This document shows, piece by piece, positions 46,930 to 60,208 of a stretch of 64,000 nucleotides of DNA; position 1 is the first letter of the stretch; each line of letters begins with the position of its first letter. Origin of the DNA: Torpedo marmorata (Eukaryota). Both the position numbers and the translations under genes were made by a program. The DNA is taken from NCBI GenBank assembly GCA_977017645.1, contig OZ360221.1, forward strand, positions 80,166,001 to 80,230,000. The letters are read 5' to 3'. Below the pieces are notes generated by a model. That model worked only from the letters and a program-made list of their open reading frames with translations, searched no databases and was not told the DNA's origin.

Positions 46930-47717
46930 TTTGTGGATTTAAAGTGAAAGAAGAAGGCGAGTGGCGAGTCGACACACACATCGCCAGATGCAGCGGAGGT
47001 TGTTGGAGATCTGGCCAGCAGATTTGAAAGGGTGGAAGCTTGGCTTAAGGAGGTGCTGGATGGAATCAAAGAGCTTAAAGGCTCGATGGCAGTTCTGACC
47101 TCCCGTGTGGAGAAGGTTGAACAGGCAACGGAGACGATGCAAGACAGGCTGGGAATCCTGGAAAACGATAGTGATGCCTGGCAAAGAGAGAAAAGGGAAC
47201 TCCTCGAAAAACTGGATCACATAGAGAACTTTAGCAGTAGGAATAATGTAAGGATAATTGGACTGAAAGAAGGGGTCGAGGGAAAAGACCCGGTGGGGTT
47301 CTTCGAAAGATGGATCCCAGAGGTTCTGGGAGAAGAGAGATTTTAAAAACCTTTGATGGTGGAGAGAGCCCACCGGACCCTCAGCCCCCGGAGGGCGCCA
47401 GATCAGCGACCGCGACCGGTTCTGGTACGCTTGTTGAGCTACCGGGATCGGGAGGAGATCCTGCGTGCGGCGGCAGCACGCGCCAAAGAAACGGGCAGAC
47501 CTGTTGAGATCGAGGGAGGTAAACTTTTTTTCAGGACCTGAGTGTGGCCTTGGTGAAGCATCGGAAGGAGTACGATGCTGTGAAGAGGCAACTGAGAACA
47601 AGGAACATCTCGTACACAATGCTCTACCCCGCGACGCTAAGGCTGGAGTCACCGGAGGGCGTGAGGAAGTTCTTCAATACACCCCAGGAGGCGGAAAACT
47701 TTGTCCGAGGTCTCTAG
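46930..47717 (+). pseudogene. L1 ORF1 (coiled coil and RRM/CTD)
   Basis: LEKLDHIENFSSRNNVRIIGLKEG, VERAHR...RPRPVLVRLLSYRDREEIL; contains stops and frameshifts. Confidence 0.85.
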
Positions 47718-48208
47718 GGGGGATCTTAAGATCGGGTCTGGATGAGAAGAAGTAAATATTGAAAATATCCAAGGAAGCACAATGAGATGTTGGGTAAAGG
47801 GGATAGAGGTTAAGTTTTGTAAAAGGGATGTTGAGTTGAGTTATAATATATTATGTTACGGGAATGTCGGGTTTATTTTTACTTGTTTTCATTTTAAGAG
47901 AATATTATAAAGATATAAGGGGAGCCCGGGAGTGGGTAAGGGAGTTATAGTAGGATGGGCAGAAGTGTACACCGGTTTAAGGGGGTTGATGGCGCCAGGG
48001 GAGGAGTCGTTTTGCAAGACGGCGCTGGAGCAAAGGGGAGGGAATTTATTTTTGCTTCGCAATTTTTTTTGCGGGCTTTTGGGGTTTTCTATATATGTCA
48101 CCATCAGTGCAGGGGAAATATATGGGTTATTTTGTATGGAGAACGCACGCCGGGGAAGAAATGTACGAAGGGGTTATGAAAACAATATAATACTGTGTGA
48201 ATATTATA

Positions 48209-51200
48209 ATGAATAAGACTATAAAGTTTATTAGTTTTAATGTTAATGGATTAAATGGACCCATATAAAGGAACAGTTTTGGCACACCTTAAAAGATTGC
48301 AGGCGGATATAGTTTTTCTACAGGAAACTCATCTTACAAATAAAGAACATAACAAATTGAAGTGGGAATGGGTGGGACAGGTGGTCGCGTCTTCTTTCAA
48401 TTCCAGGGCTAGGGGGGTGGCTATTTTAATAAATAAAAATGTTCCGATGGCAGTGGAAGATACGGTTATCAAATCAGCTGGGAGATTTGTGATGATACAT
48501 TGTCAAATTTATTCGGAACCCTGGACACTTCTGAACCTCTACGCACCAAATTTTGATGATGAGACTTTTATGCAAGATATATTTCTGAAGGTGGCAGGGG
48601 GGAGACAGAATGTGTTAATGGGAGGGGATTTTAACTTTTGCCTGGATCCCATTCTGGATAAGTCTGCAAAGACAGTAACGAAGGCCAGGGCAGCTAAAAC
48701 CACTCTGGCTTTTATGAAAGATTTAAACTTAATAGATGCATGGAGACGGTTGCACCCACAAGCAAGAGATTACTCCTTTTATTCTAAGCCCCATGATTGC
48801 TAGATTAGAATTGACAACTTTTTAATGTCGGCACAGTTGGAAGGCAGAGTGATCGAATTGGAATATCTAGCTGGACTATTATCAGATTATGCACCTTTGA
48901 TTTTATCCATAGTAATGCCAGAAAAACAGACTAGCGCATATAGATGCCGCATTAATTCTACGCTGTTGAAAAGGACAGATTTTTGTAATTTTATAAGGGG
49001 TCAGATAAATTTGTTTTGTGAAACAAATTGCCCCTCTACAAAAATAGTTTTTTAATATGGGATACTTTGAAGGCTTATTTGAGGGGGCAAATAATTTCGT
49101 ACACTAAAAATGTTAAGAAAAAATATTTAGCGAAAGTAAACGATTTAGAATGAGAAATTAGTTGGAAAAGGAATGTCAACAATCTGGCTCAAAGGAAAAA
49201 TACCAAATTCTGGTCATCAAGAAACTTAAGTATAACACTTTACAAACGTATCAAGTGGAGAAAGCTATTTTGAGATCTAAGCAAAAATATTATGAACTAG
49301 GCGAAAGGGCCCATAAGGCCTTGTCTTGGCAATTGAAGGCAGAAGAAACATCGAGGACAATTAACGCAATTCAGTTGGGACCAGACAAGATATCACATAA
49401 CCCAAAAGAGATAAATGATATTTTCAAGCAGTTCTATACAGAACTATATAAATCAGAGTCACCCAAAGATTTAACTAAGATAGATGATTTTTTGTCCAAG
49501 ATTGATCTGCCCAGATTGGACCAAGACGATCAGATGAAATTACACTCCCCTTTCTCCAGAGAGAAGCTAATAAATCATCGGGGGAGGATGGATTCCCGTC
49601 CGAGTTCTACAGAGAATTTAAAAGAAGTTCTGATGCCCCTTATTATGGATGTGGTCAACCGGCCAGCGGAAACACAGACTCTCCCGGAATCCTTTTCAAC
49701 AGCTATTATTACGGTTATACCCAAGAAAAATAGAGATCCATTAAAGCAGTCTTCATATAGACCTATTTCATTGCTAATAGCTAAGGCATTAGCTAATAGA
49801 TTGGGTCATTATTTACCAAAATTGATAAATCCAGATCAAGTCAGCTTTGTGAAGAGGAGACACTCTGCTAACAACTTGGGTAGATTATTTAGTATAATAT
49901 ATTTGGCACAATCCAAAATAGACCCGAGCATAGCCATGTCTTTAGACACGGAAAAAGCCTTTGATAGGCTGGAATGACCTTTTTTATTTATACTTGAAAA
50001 GTTCAGACTGGGACAATCATTTGACCAATGGGTGAAAACACTTTACGATAAACCTCGGGCTAAAATTATAATGAATGGGCAGATATCGTCGACATTCTCA
50101 CTTAGTAGATCTAGTAGGCAGAGTTGTCCACTGTCTCCAGGGCTTTTTGTATTAGCAATTGAACCTTTAGCGGAAGCTATCAGGAGGGATCCAGAAATAT
50201 AGGGATTCAAGGTGGATGACAAGATTAACTTGTTTGCAGATGATGTATTGTTATATCTAACAGACCCGGCTGAGTCTTTGACCAAATTGCGGACTACACT
50301 GGAGGATTACGGTATGATTTCAGGATATAAAATAAATTTAGACAAAAGTGAAATCATGCCACTGACGAAATTTGATTACAAAAAATATCAACACTTTAGA
50401 TGGCAACCAGAAGGTATCAAGTATCTAGGAATAATGACTGATAATAATCTACAGAATTTATATAAACTAAATTAACTCCCGGTGCTTGGAAAGATTGAAG
50501 ATGATTTACTTAGATGGAGAAGCCTGCCCATCACATTAGTGGGCAGGGTTAATTGTATCAATATGACAGTGATGCCGAAATTGCGATACCTTTTTTCAAT
50601 CTTTACCTATCCCTTTGCCACAAACTCTTTTCAAAACACTCAATGGACAGTTCATCTGGAATGGTAAAGTTTCCAGAGTCTCCGTGGAAAAGATGACGTG
50701 GGATTATAAATTGCGGGGTTTACGATTAGCAGATTTTAAGAAGTATTACTTAGCAGCCCAGTCGAGGTTTCTCTTATCCTGTTTTGAGGAGGGTGATATT
50801 CTTCCATGGGTCCAAATTGGACTAAATACTATAGGGGAGAAAATAGCAAAGGACTTTATTTACAAATGGAATACCAAGTTAATATCAAAAAGAACGAACA
50901 ACCCCATTCTGAAACATATGATTAAAATTTGGCAAGAAATCAATGAGTGTATTTGAGGAAAAGTTGGAATATCCCCCAAAACACCTGTTTCAAAATGAAC
51001 ATGCCCAAGAGCGTAAAATTAGCTTATTTGCAGATGATGTATTGATATATATGACAAAACCTATTACTTCTGTAGTACAACTGACTGCTTTATTGAGAGA
51101 ATATGGGGAAATATCTGGTTATAAGATTAATTCTGATAAAAGTGAAATTATGGCATTAACGCAAGGGGATTATAGTAAATGTAAAGAAATTACACAATTT

Positions 51201-53881
51201 AAATGGTCAAAAGAAGGAATTAAATATTTGGGAATAAAGATTGATACAAAATTAGTTAATTTATATAAATTAAATTATTTACCATTGTTTATGAAAATTA
51301 AAAAAGATTTAGAGAGTTGGAAGGATTTACCTATAACTTTAATGGGAAGGGTAAATTGTATTAAAATGAATGTTTTTCCAAGAATTCAATATCTTTTGCA
51401 ATCAATTCCTTATAAAATTCCTCAAAATTTTTTTAAGACCTAAATTCAATTATTAGGAAATTTTTGTGGAAAGGAAAGTTAGCTAGGGTAGGTATAGAGA
51501 AATTAACTTGGAACTATGAAATGGGTGGTTTACAACTTCCTAATTTTCAAAATTATTATAAAGCAGTTCAATTAAAATTTGTTAATGAACTTTTTGATTT
51601 AACTAAATCTTCTGCCTGGATTAGAATAGAATTAAATAATATAGGAGAAGATTCTAAAGAAGAAGTTATTTATAAATGGAATTCTAAATTAATATCGACA
51701 AGAAGGAAAAATTCTCCTATCTTTAAACATTTGCTAGAAATATGGAACAAAGCGGATAAGGAAATAGGAGGAAAAGGATCGATTTCTCCAAAAATGCCTC
51801 TATATCAAAATGAACTTATTCCATTTACTGTTAATAATCAATTATTTAAAATTTGGTTTCAAAAAGGAATTAAGAAAATAAATGATTGTTTTGAAGCTGG
51901 GAAATGTATTACTTTTCAAAGAATGAAAGATAAATTTAATATATTGGACAATACACTTTTTGCTTATTACCAAATTAGAGCATTTTTGGTTGGGAAATTA
52001 GGTTATAGTTTGATCTTACCAAGACAGAATGAATTAGAATTATTAGTTACTAAAGGAGATGTAAATAAATTTATTTCTCAAATGTACAGATTGTTTCAGA
52101 GAAAAATTCCTAAAGTAGGAATTCATAAATCAAGATTAAAGTGGGAATTAGACTTGAATGTAACAATAGATGAAAATCACTAGAAAGAATTATGTAAACT
52201 AAGTATGACAAAGATTATTAATGTTAGATATAGATTAGTACAATATAATTTTTTTCATCAATTATATTAACACCTAAAAAATTAAAGAAATTCAATGCGA
52301 CATTATCAGGTTTATGTTTTAGATGTAATAAAGAGGAAGGTTCTTTTGTACATTCTACATGGTTTTGTCCAAAAGTTTATGATTTTTGGTTGAAAGTTAA
52401 AAAATTTCTAGACAAAGTTTTAAAAATCACATTCCCAATGGACCCTATGATATTTCTGTTTGGAGATATTAAAAAAGTTAGTATTAAGATGAAATTAAAT
52501 ATGTATCAAATAGAATTTTTGCGAATTGCTTTAGCTATTTCAAAGAAATGTATTGCTATTACTTGGAAATCGGATGTAGATTTAGGGTTAGAAAGATGGC
52601 ATGCAGAACTTCGTTCATGTATACCACTTGAAAAAAATCACTTACAATTTACGTAATAAATATCATTTCTTTTTTAAAATTTGGAGCCCATATATGAAAG
52701 TTGTCGGTTTAAGGATTTGAAGATCTCTGGACATCGGATCTACTGGCGAACCTAACCTCCATAATAAAATTAGTTTATAGATTTAATTTTTAGATTGACA
52801 TTCTCCTTACTCTATCTTTTTCTTTCTTTTATTTTTATTTTATTAGATTAGTAGGGATGGGAGGGTTAGGGAGGGGAGGGTGGGTGAAAATATATCACAA
52901 GTATTTTGATAATTTTATATTTTACCTTATGTATTTTGTGATTTAAAATTTTAAATAAAATATTTTTAAAAAATAAAATGAACATGCCCATGAATTTGGG
53001 TAATAAAATATTGAACATTTGGTATCAGAAGGGGATTCGGTATATTGAAGATTGTTATGATAATGGACAGCTTATGTCCTTTGAACAACTTAAAGATAAA
53101 TGTGATTTGTCTAATAGAACCTTTCACTGTTTCCTCCAATTAAGATCCTTCCTGCGAGAAAGGTGGGGTCCTACAATGACTCCACCTACAAGCAATGAGG
53201 TAGAACAGTTACTTCAACTGGGAAATGCACCCAAATTTATATCCAGAATGTACTTTGTGCTCCAAGGCGAAAGCCCTAAGCCAGGTACACATAGATCGAG
53301 GGAGAGGTGGGAGTCAGACCTGGGTACGACAATTCAGGAGCGTTGCTGGTCAGACTTGTGTCTGAATAGTATGACGACGGTTATTAATGCTAGATACAGG
53401 TTGGTCCAGTATAATTTCTTGCACCAACTATATCTCACACCACAAAAGTTACACAAATCAAAATCCGAAATATCGGAATTGTGTTTCAGATGTGGTGGAG
53501 AAATTGGAACTTTCCTGCACTCCACTTGGTCCTGTGCAAAGGTAAGACCCTTTTGGTATGATATATCTAATACACTAACCAGAATTATGGGAGTAGCCTT
53601 TCCACTGGACCCGGAGTTGTATCTCTTAGGAAATCTAATGGACATAAGCTACAAATTATCTAAATTCCAAATTCAATTTGTGCTAGTTGCTTTGTCCATA
53701 GCAAAAAAAATGCATAGCAGTCACTTGGAAGTCAGACTCCCCCCTTCTTATCACTCGATGGTCAGCAGAAATGCGCAGCTGTATTCCTATGGAGAAAATC
53801 ACATGTAATCTTAGGAATAAATATGATACATTTGTTAACGTGTGGCAACCATACCAAGAGTATATTGGTGTCCAGTTATAA
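48209..53881 (+). pseudogene. L1 ORF2 (APE EN, RT, zinc knuckle), interrupted at 51008-52974
   Basis: SFNVNG, VFLQETH, NLYAPN, GGDFN, YRPISLL, SLDTEKAFD, FADD, CFRC...HSTWSC. Confidence 0.9.
51008..52974 (+). mobile_element. 5'-truncated L1 (family B) nested in L1 family A
   Basis: Perfect 16-bp TSD AAAATGAACATGCCCA (50992-51007 / 52975-52990); second FADD...CFRC region; own 3' UTR and A-rich tail. Confidence 0.95.
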
Positions 53882-54335
53882 TTTAAACCCTAAAGTACAG
53901 TACAATGTAAAGTATAAATATTTAATGGTGTGACGTCTCCAAGAAGGTTGAAAAATCAATGTAAGCACTGACGGTACGTTTAGTTTTTTTTTCTCTTCGG
54001 TTTGTTTTACTTCTTTATGTTTTTTCTTTTCAGTTGGGGGGAGGGAGGGAGAGAGAGTTTAATAATAATGTTGTGTTTAATTGGAAATTGTATATTTTTT
54101 GTTTATATTGTGAACTTTTCTTGAAAATGAAAAATAAAATATTTTTTTTTTAAAATAACCTACAAAATATTTTCAAATGCACAGCACTAATCACCCAATG
54201 AATATGCTTCATCGACTTAAAGACCACACATACACATAAACCATTCCTTCCAATATAGATATTCCTTCCTGGACATTTTCAGCACTTTCCATTTCTTGGC
54301 AGACCTCTTTGTACAGTATTCCTAAAGTAGAGATA

Positions 54336-54830
54336 CAGTAGAAGCTCAAAAATCCAGATGCCAGAAATCCGGATGACCCAAGAATCCAGACTTTCGAAAA
54401 CTCTCAAATTTTTTAAAAATTTAGCGGGCTTTTGTGTGCACGTGTGCGTGCATGCATGAGCACCACAGATGCACAGTGGCAACAAGCTACCACACTTAAT
54501 ACAGGTAATCTTATCACAAAGAAATTTATTTTTATACTGTCTTTTTATTTTACAGTGTTCATTTTTAAACATAATTTCAAGCATTACATGCTTTTTTTTG
54601 CAGTGAAAAATATTGTTTACATTTTTGTCAAGTGTTGACTTGATTTTTCTTTAAAACTGCTCTTTTTGATAAATGAAGCATGCTATATTTGCACATGAAT
54701 AAACTATCAACATTTACATGTTCATCTCTTTATTCCATCTTAAATTTGAATTTTATAAGTACTGCCTGAGAATCTGGAAAATCTGAACCGACCCAATCGC
54801 CGAGCAGTCCGGATTTAAGGACTTATATTG
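54336..54830. mobile_element. Degenerate pogo/Tigger-type MITE
   Basis: TA|CAGTAGAAGCTCAAAAATCCAG ... CCGGATTTAAGGACTTATATTG|TA with subterminal AATCCRGA repeats. Confidence 0.65.
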
Positions 54831-55084
54831 TACTTTAATAAGAATAATTAGAAAGTATTCAATTTCCACCAGCATTCCCTTAGGAAACGGCAACCTTGGA
54901 AGCAGTAGTTACAACTCTTTAATTTGATAGCATCTTCTAAGCTTCCCGTTTAGGGAAACTTGCTAAATCTTTTCCCGCCAACAGCAGAGACCTGAAAAAA
55001 AACAGGCACCCTGCTGCTTTGACAGATTGTTTAACAGTTGATAGGAGAATTGTCTTCTCAATATTTTCAATTCATAGAGCAGCA

Positions 55085-55434
55085 GACTTCACTCCATCAA
55101 GGATAGCTACATGAGGCGGTGTCTTAAAAAGCAGCCTCTATCCTCAAAGACCCCCACCACCCAGGCCATGCCCTCTTCACTCTGCTACCATCGGGAAAAG
55201 GGTACAGGAGCCTAAAGACGAGCACTCAACGGCACAAGGACAGCTTCTTCCCCGCTGCCATCAGATTACTGAATAATCAATGAACCAAAGACACTACCTT
55301 ACTTTTCGTGCACTATTATTTATATATTTTTATAGTAATGTCGTAAGATGGTTATAATATGAATGTTTGCACTATGATGCTGCCGAAAAACACCGAATTT
55401 CATGACTTGTTCATGACAATAAATTCTGATTCTG
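55085..55434 (+). mobile_element. Rex1/Babar 3' fragment
   Basis: Near-identical to 4040-4393 and 13700-14057. Confidence 0.9.
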
Positions 55435-55544
55435 AAGTATTTTCATAGTATATATTTTTACCTAGTATGCAGGTTTGAAAAATTCAGTCCACCATTATTC
55501 AGCATCAAAAATCACAAAACACTCAGACATGTGACAAAGCTCAG

Positions 55545-56660
55545 ACATAGAACAGTACAACATAGGAAAAGGCCACATGGTCTACCATGTCTGCTCCAAC
55601 CATTACGTCAATCTAAACAAATTCCATCTGCCTGAATATGGTGTGTATCCCTCTAATCCCTGACTGTTCATGTGTTTGTCTAAATGTGTCATAAATGTTG
55701 CTATCATATCTGATTCTCCCACCTCCCATGGCAGTGCTGTGTGTGTGAAAAAAAAACACGTCAAATCTCCTTTAAACATTCCCCATCTCACCTTTAAACT
55801 ATGCTTCTACTATTTGACATTTCCACCCGAGGAAAAAGACTGACTATCCAATCTATGCCCCTCATAATTTTATATACCCGGTACTTCTGTCAGGTTGCCC
55901 CTCAGCCTACGATGCATTAGAGAAAATAATCTGTTTAACTAACCTCTAATAATCACCAATCCATGCAACATTCTACTGAATCTCATTTGCACTCTCTCTT
56001 AAGCCTCCTCATCCTTCCAATTATATGGTGACAAGAACTGCACACAATGCCTAATCAAAGTTTTAAACATCTACAAGGCGACTTCTCCCCCCTCCCTTGG
56101 GGCAGAAGATACACTCTCTTGAAAACACGCACCACTAAATTCTAGAACAGTTTCTTCCCTGCTGTTATCAGACTATTAAATGGACTTCTTATCAGTAAAA
56201 TGATGCTGCCCTTGCACTGTTTTTAAACACAATCTTTTTCTCTGTTACAATATACTCCACAATTGTATTTTACACTACCAGTTGTAGTCAGGGATAGATC
56301 GACTTGTCTAAAGAGCAGCAAAAAAAAAAAAACTTTCCATTGTGTCTCGGTACACGACAATAGACCATAAACAATTTATATTGAATACCCCAACAGATGA
56401 AGGCAAGCATGCTACATGTCTTTTTTTTAAACCAGTATGTCGACTCATGTTGCCACTTTCAGGGAGCTGTGGACTTGCACACCAAGATCTCGCTGTACAT
56501 CAATGCTGCTAAGCATCTTGCCATTTACTGTGCATTTTCCTCTAGCATTCGATATCCCAAAATGTATCACCTTACATTTGTCTGGATCAAAATCCACCCG
56601 CCATCCAAATTTCCAAATTATCTAAATTCTGCTGTTATCCATTGACAACTTTCCTCACTA
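55545..56660 (-). mobile_element. Old CR1 fragment with a Rex1-like 3' insert (~56085-56375, + strand)
   Basis: CR1 tail at 55545 and RT C-terminus; insert ends CACGACAATAGACCATAAAC. Confidence 0.7.
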
Positions 56661-56714
56661 TCCACAACTCCCCAAAAACCATTATGCATGCTGACTTTTG
56701 CAAATTACACAAGT

Positions 56715-57200
56715 AAATGGATAAGGTGCAGAGGAAATTTACCAGGATGTTGCCTGGATTGGAAAACATGCCTTATGGAGCAAGGTTTAGGGAACTAGGG
56801 CTTTTCTCTTTGTAGTGTAGAAGGATGAGAGGTGACTTCAAAGAGATATACAAGAGGGGCATAGATAGGGTGGCTAGCTAGAAGCTTTTTCCCAGGATGA
56901 CAAAAGCAAATACCAGAGGACATCTGTATAAGGTGAGTGGAGGAATGTTTAGGGGAGTAGTCAGTGGTAAGTTTTTTTTTACATAGAAAGTGGTAGGTGC
57001 GTGGAATACATTGCTGGGGGTGGTGGTGGAGGCTCGTACAATAGAAACATTCAAAAGACTCTTCGATAGGCACACGGATGCAAGAAAAATAGAGGGTTAT
57101 AGGTGTGAGGTAGCGAAGGACTAGATTGTTGTGGAGCAGGTTTACACAGGTCACCACAACATTGTGGGCCAAAGGACCTGCACTGTGCTGCCATGTTCTT
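56715..57200 (+). mobile_element. CR1 3' fragment
   Basis: QRKFTRMLPGL...RRMRGD...WNTL; CR1 tail. Confidence 0.85.
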
Positions 57201-57354
57201 TGTTTTAAAAAAAAACCAAAGAGAAGCTGAGGGACTCAGCTGGCCAGACAACATCCCCGGAGAAAAATGGACAGTCAACTTTTCAGTTCAGAACCCTTTT
57301 TCAAGACTAAGGCAGGAAGTGGAGATAATTCCTCTCCATGGAAGTTGCCTGACT

Positions 57355-57392
57355 GTTTGACCTGCTGAGCTTCTCCAGCATTGTGTTTTTAC
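57355..57392 (+). mobile_element. 38-bp Penelope-tail micro-insertion inside an older PLE tail
   Basis: 9-bp TSD TGCCTGACT (57346-57354 / 57393-57401). Confidence 0.7.
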
Positions 57393-58519
57393 TGCCTGAC
57401 TTGTTCACTGCTCTTGGGTTCCTAAAAATTCCAGCATCTGCAGTTTCTTATGTTCCTACCACTAAACTAAATGCAACTTTCTACAATTTTGTCTGTCTTG
57501 CACAGGACTCAGCTGCAATTTATTTTTAAGTTTATTTTGAAACTTGGGTAGGATTTCAAGTATTTAAGTACTGTATGATTTACAACCCATACAAGTTTGT
57601 TACTTTGTGCTATATCAGGAGACAAGCAGAAGATGAGAAGGAACCAAGCTAGAACCAAACAATTGGCCTCTCAAGTGTGCTCTGGCATTCCAACTTCCAC
57701 ATCAACCTTTTCCAGGTCAGGCTGCTGAGGAGCCACCATTTATGCCAAAACTGACCAGCTAACACCATGAATATTAAGTGAACAAAGATAAGTTGGAAGG
57801 ACCAGGCAAGCAGATCAGGCAGCAGCATCCATGGAGATGAAGGTCAGTCATCATTTCAAGTGGGAACACTTTGTTGACACGAAAGGATGGGAGGGGAGAA
57901 ACAAGAAGGGGAGACAAAATCTCAAAAGGTGCATCTTTTGTAGCTCCATTAAGTGAAATCAGATCTCAAACTCTTATACATGCGCTATACTTTTTCTTCA
58001 CATGCTGAGATTAGTCTTTAAACGCTGTGATATTACCAATAAAAGGATGGAGAATTTTGTCAAACTTCTCACAGTTCAAATCGTTCCCCAATGCCAAAAT
58101 GTTGCACCACTGTCCTATTAATAGAGCAAATAATTATACTTGCTAATGTTGGAATATATAACCAGAAAACATTAACTCCTTAATTAGTGTTTTAGTTACA
58201 AATGGGAGTGAAATCTCATTTGGCAGTCATTTACACCTATAGCCCTTGTAAATTTCATAGAATACGTTTTTAGTTAGTCCAACTCCATTCGATACCACCA
58301 GCCGGTTATAATATTTGCAGTCCCTAATACAAAATCTACACTGGAAACCCAGCTGTGACCCACAAAAAAAATTTCAATCAATTATCATAAAAAGCAGGAT
58401 TCTACCCCTTATATAACATTTTTTTAATCCATAAATTGGTAAAAACTAATTTTCTTCTAAATTTAAAAACTAATTTGTGTACGATTCTCAAAAAAAAATC
58501 AGACAGTGTCTTTACATGC

Positions 58520-59117
58520 AGAATGCATTGAGATCCACTTCAGGGAAACTGGAACCAGCCTCGTTTCGTTGAGCACCTTCACTCTGTCCGCTGCAACAGC
58601 AGGGGCCTTCCAGTGGCCAACCGCTTCAATTTTTCACCCGATTGCCACACTAACATGTCTGTCCATGGCCTCATGTACTGCCAAATTGAGGCCACCCGCA
58701 AATTGGAAGAACAACACCGTATATTCAGTCTCAACAGTCTCCAACCTGATGCATCAATATTTTCTCCAATCTCTGGTAACCCCCCTCCCCTGGTCTCTCT
58801 CTTTTCCGCCTCTGTCTCCTATACTCCAGCTCCCCACCCCCTTCCATCTCCTATCAGAGTGCTATCTTTCTTTGCCCTCTGACCTCAGTTTGCACACTCC
58901 CACCTGTATCTACCTATAAAATCTTACAGCCTGTGTTCCTCCCCTCCCACCTTTTTATTCAGGCATCTGCTTGACTTTCAGCAGTCCTGAAAAAAGGCCC
59001 AGGCCCAAAATGTCGATTGCCTTTAACTTTAAATGGATGCTGCATGACCTGGTGAGTTTCACCAGCACTTTTGTATAATGCACTAGACCCCAGCACCTAC
59101 AGATTTTCTTGTTTACC
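58520..59117 (+). mobile_element. Penelope-like 3' fragment (GIY-YIG end and pLTR)
   Basis: MSVHGLMYCQIEATRKLEEQHRIF; decayed CCTGAAAAAAGGCCCAGGCCCAAAATGTCG motif and tail. Confidence 0.8.
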
Positions 59118-59269
59118 AGGAAAAGGGAAATAACCTCAGGGGTTCTGATGTTCAAGAGGGATTGAAAGACACCAAGATGAGGTTTGTACAAATGTCAATG
59201 GCTCACATAGCTCACAGGCTTAGAATATACTAATGAACATTTGTATACTCACACCACCACCTCATTGTG

Positions 59270-60208
59270 TCAGGACGGCGCAGCATCGCCTATACTTCCT
59301 AAGGAGGCTGAGGAGGACAAGGCTAACAACCCCCATATTGACAACCTTTTACAGGAGCACCACTGTGTGGTATGGTAGCTGCAAAGCCTATACCGACGAT
59401 CATTAAAACAGCCGAGAGGATCACTCGGGTCTCCCTTTACTCTATTGACAAAAGTTATTAGGAGCATTCTCTAAAGAGGGCTCAAGGAATTATAGAAGAC
59501 CCTTTCCATCCAGCACACAGCATCTTCAACCTTCAGCAACAAAATCAGGACTTCCAAGGTGGGGAATACCTTCTTCCTGCAGGCTGTGAGACTGACAAAC
59601 AGTATCCTGTAACCATGAAAATCATCCCAAATATTTATATACATTTATTTTGATTGCCGTATATACTTGTGTAATCGTCGATACCGTGTAATAGTCCACC
59701 CCCCCCCCTTTTTTTGGCCCAAATATCAGGTGTTTTTGCATGACCCGTGCAAGTCGACCACCCCTATTTTTGGCCCCGACCGCCCGCCCACCAGAGCTCC
59801 CGACGCCCTGACAGCAGACCCTCACCCCAGCCGCCCGCCCATCGGAGCTCCCGACAGCGGACCCTCGCCCTGGACACATGTCCACCGGAGCTCCCGATGC
59901 CCCACAGCCCGCCCATCCTAGCTCCCAATGCCCCAACCGCAGACTTACCACCCGGTCCCAGCCATCAAAGCTCCAGACACCTTGAATGACGCAGGTACTT
60001 TCGACGAAAGTTTGACCCGTGTAAAAGTCGACCCCCCCCCCTTTATTGGCCTGCAAAAATGGTCCAAAAAATTTGACAATTACATGAGTATATACGGTAT
60101 TCATGTGATCTTTATGTACCGTGCATTGTGTGTGCACCATGGTCCGGAGAGATGCTGCTTTGTCGGGTTGTATATGTACAATCTGATGATAATAAACTTG
60201 AACTTGAA
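59270..60208 (+). mobile_element. Old Rex1/Babar 3' fragment
   Basis: AQHRLYFLRRL...DPFHPAH..F; AATAAA followed by a CTTGAA repeat tail. Confidence 0.75.
59657..60097. mobile_element. Tc2/pogo-type MITE (CCGTATA termini) with internal GC-rich minisatellite
   Basis: TIR CCGTATATACTTGTGTAATCGTCGA versus reverse-complemented end CCGTATATACTCATGTAATTGTCAA; TA at the right flank. Confidence 0.85.

Larger units (their letters stand above)
46843..54152 (+). mobile_element. Full-length L1 (family A, ~5.3 kb net), decayed, with a nested L1
   Basis: 16-bp TSD AAATAACC(A/T)ACAAAAT (46827-46842 / 54153-54168); GGGG start; ORF1, ORF2, AATAAA at 54133. Confidence 0.92.

Noticed and set aside
46939-47652. 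237-aa antisense ORF in L1 (ORF0-like)
   Set aside because: Shadow frame of ORF1 with no recognisable motif; a single decayed copy cannot support it.
50943-51443. Apparent duplicated RT domain within one L1
   Set aside because: Explained by a nested L1 with a 16-bp TSD.
54880-55010. Minus-strand splice acceptor and possible exon
   Set aside because: Stops in all three frames shortly after the acceptor.
59770-59940. Spaced GC-rich repeats resembling a CRISPR array
   Set aside because: Degenerate minisatellite inside a MITE, without constant repeat and unique spacer structure, and no cas genes.
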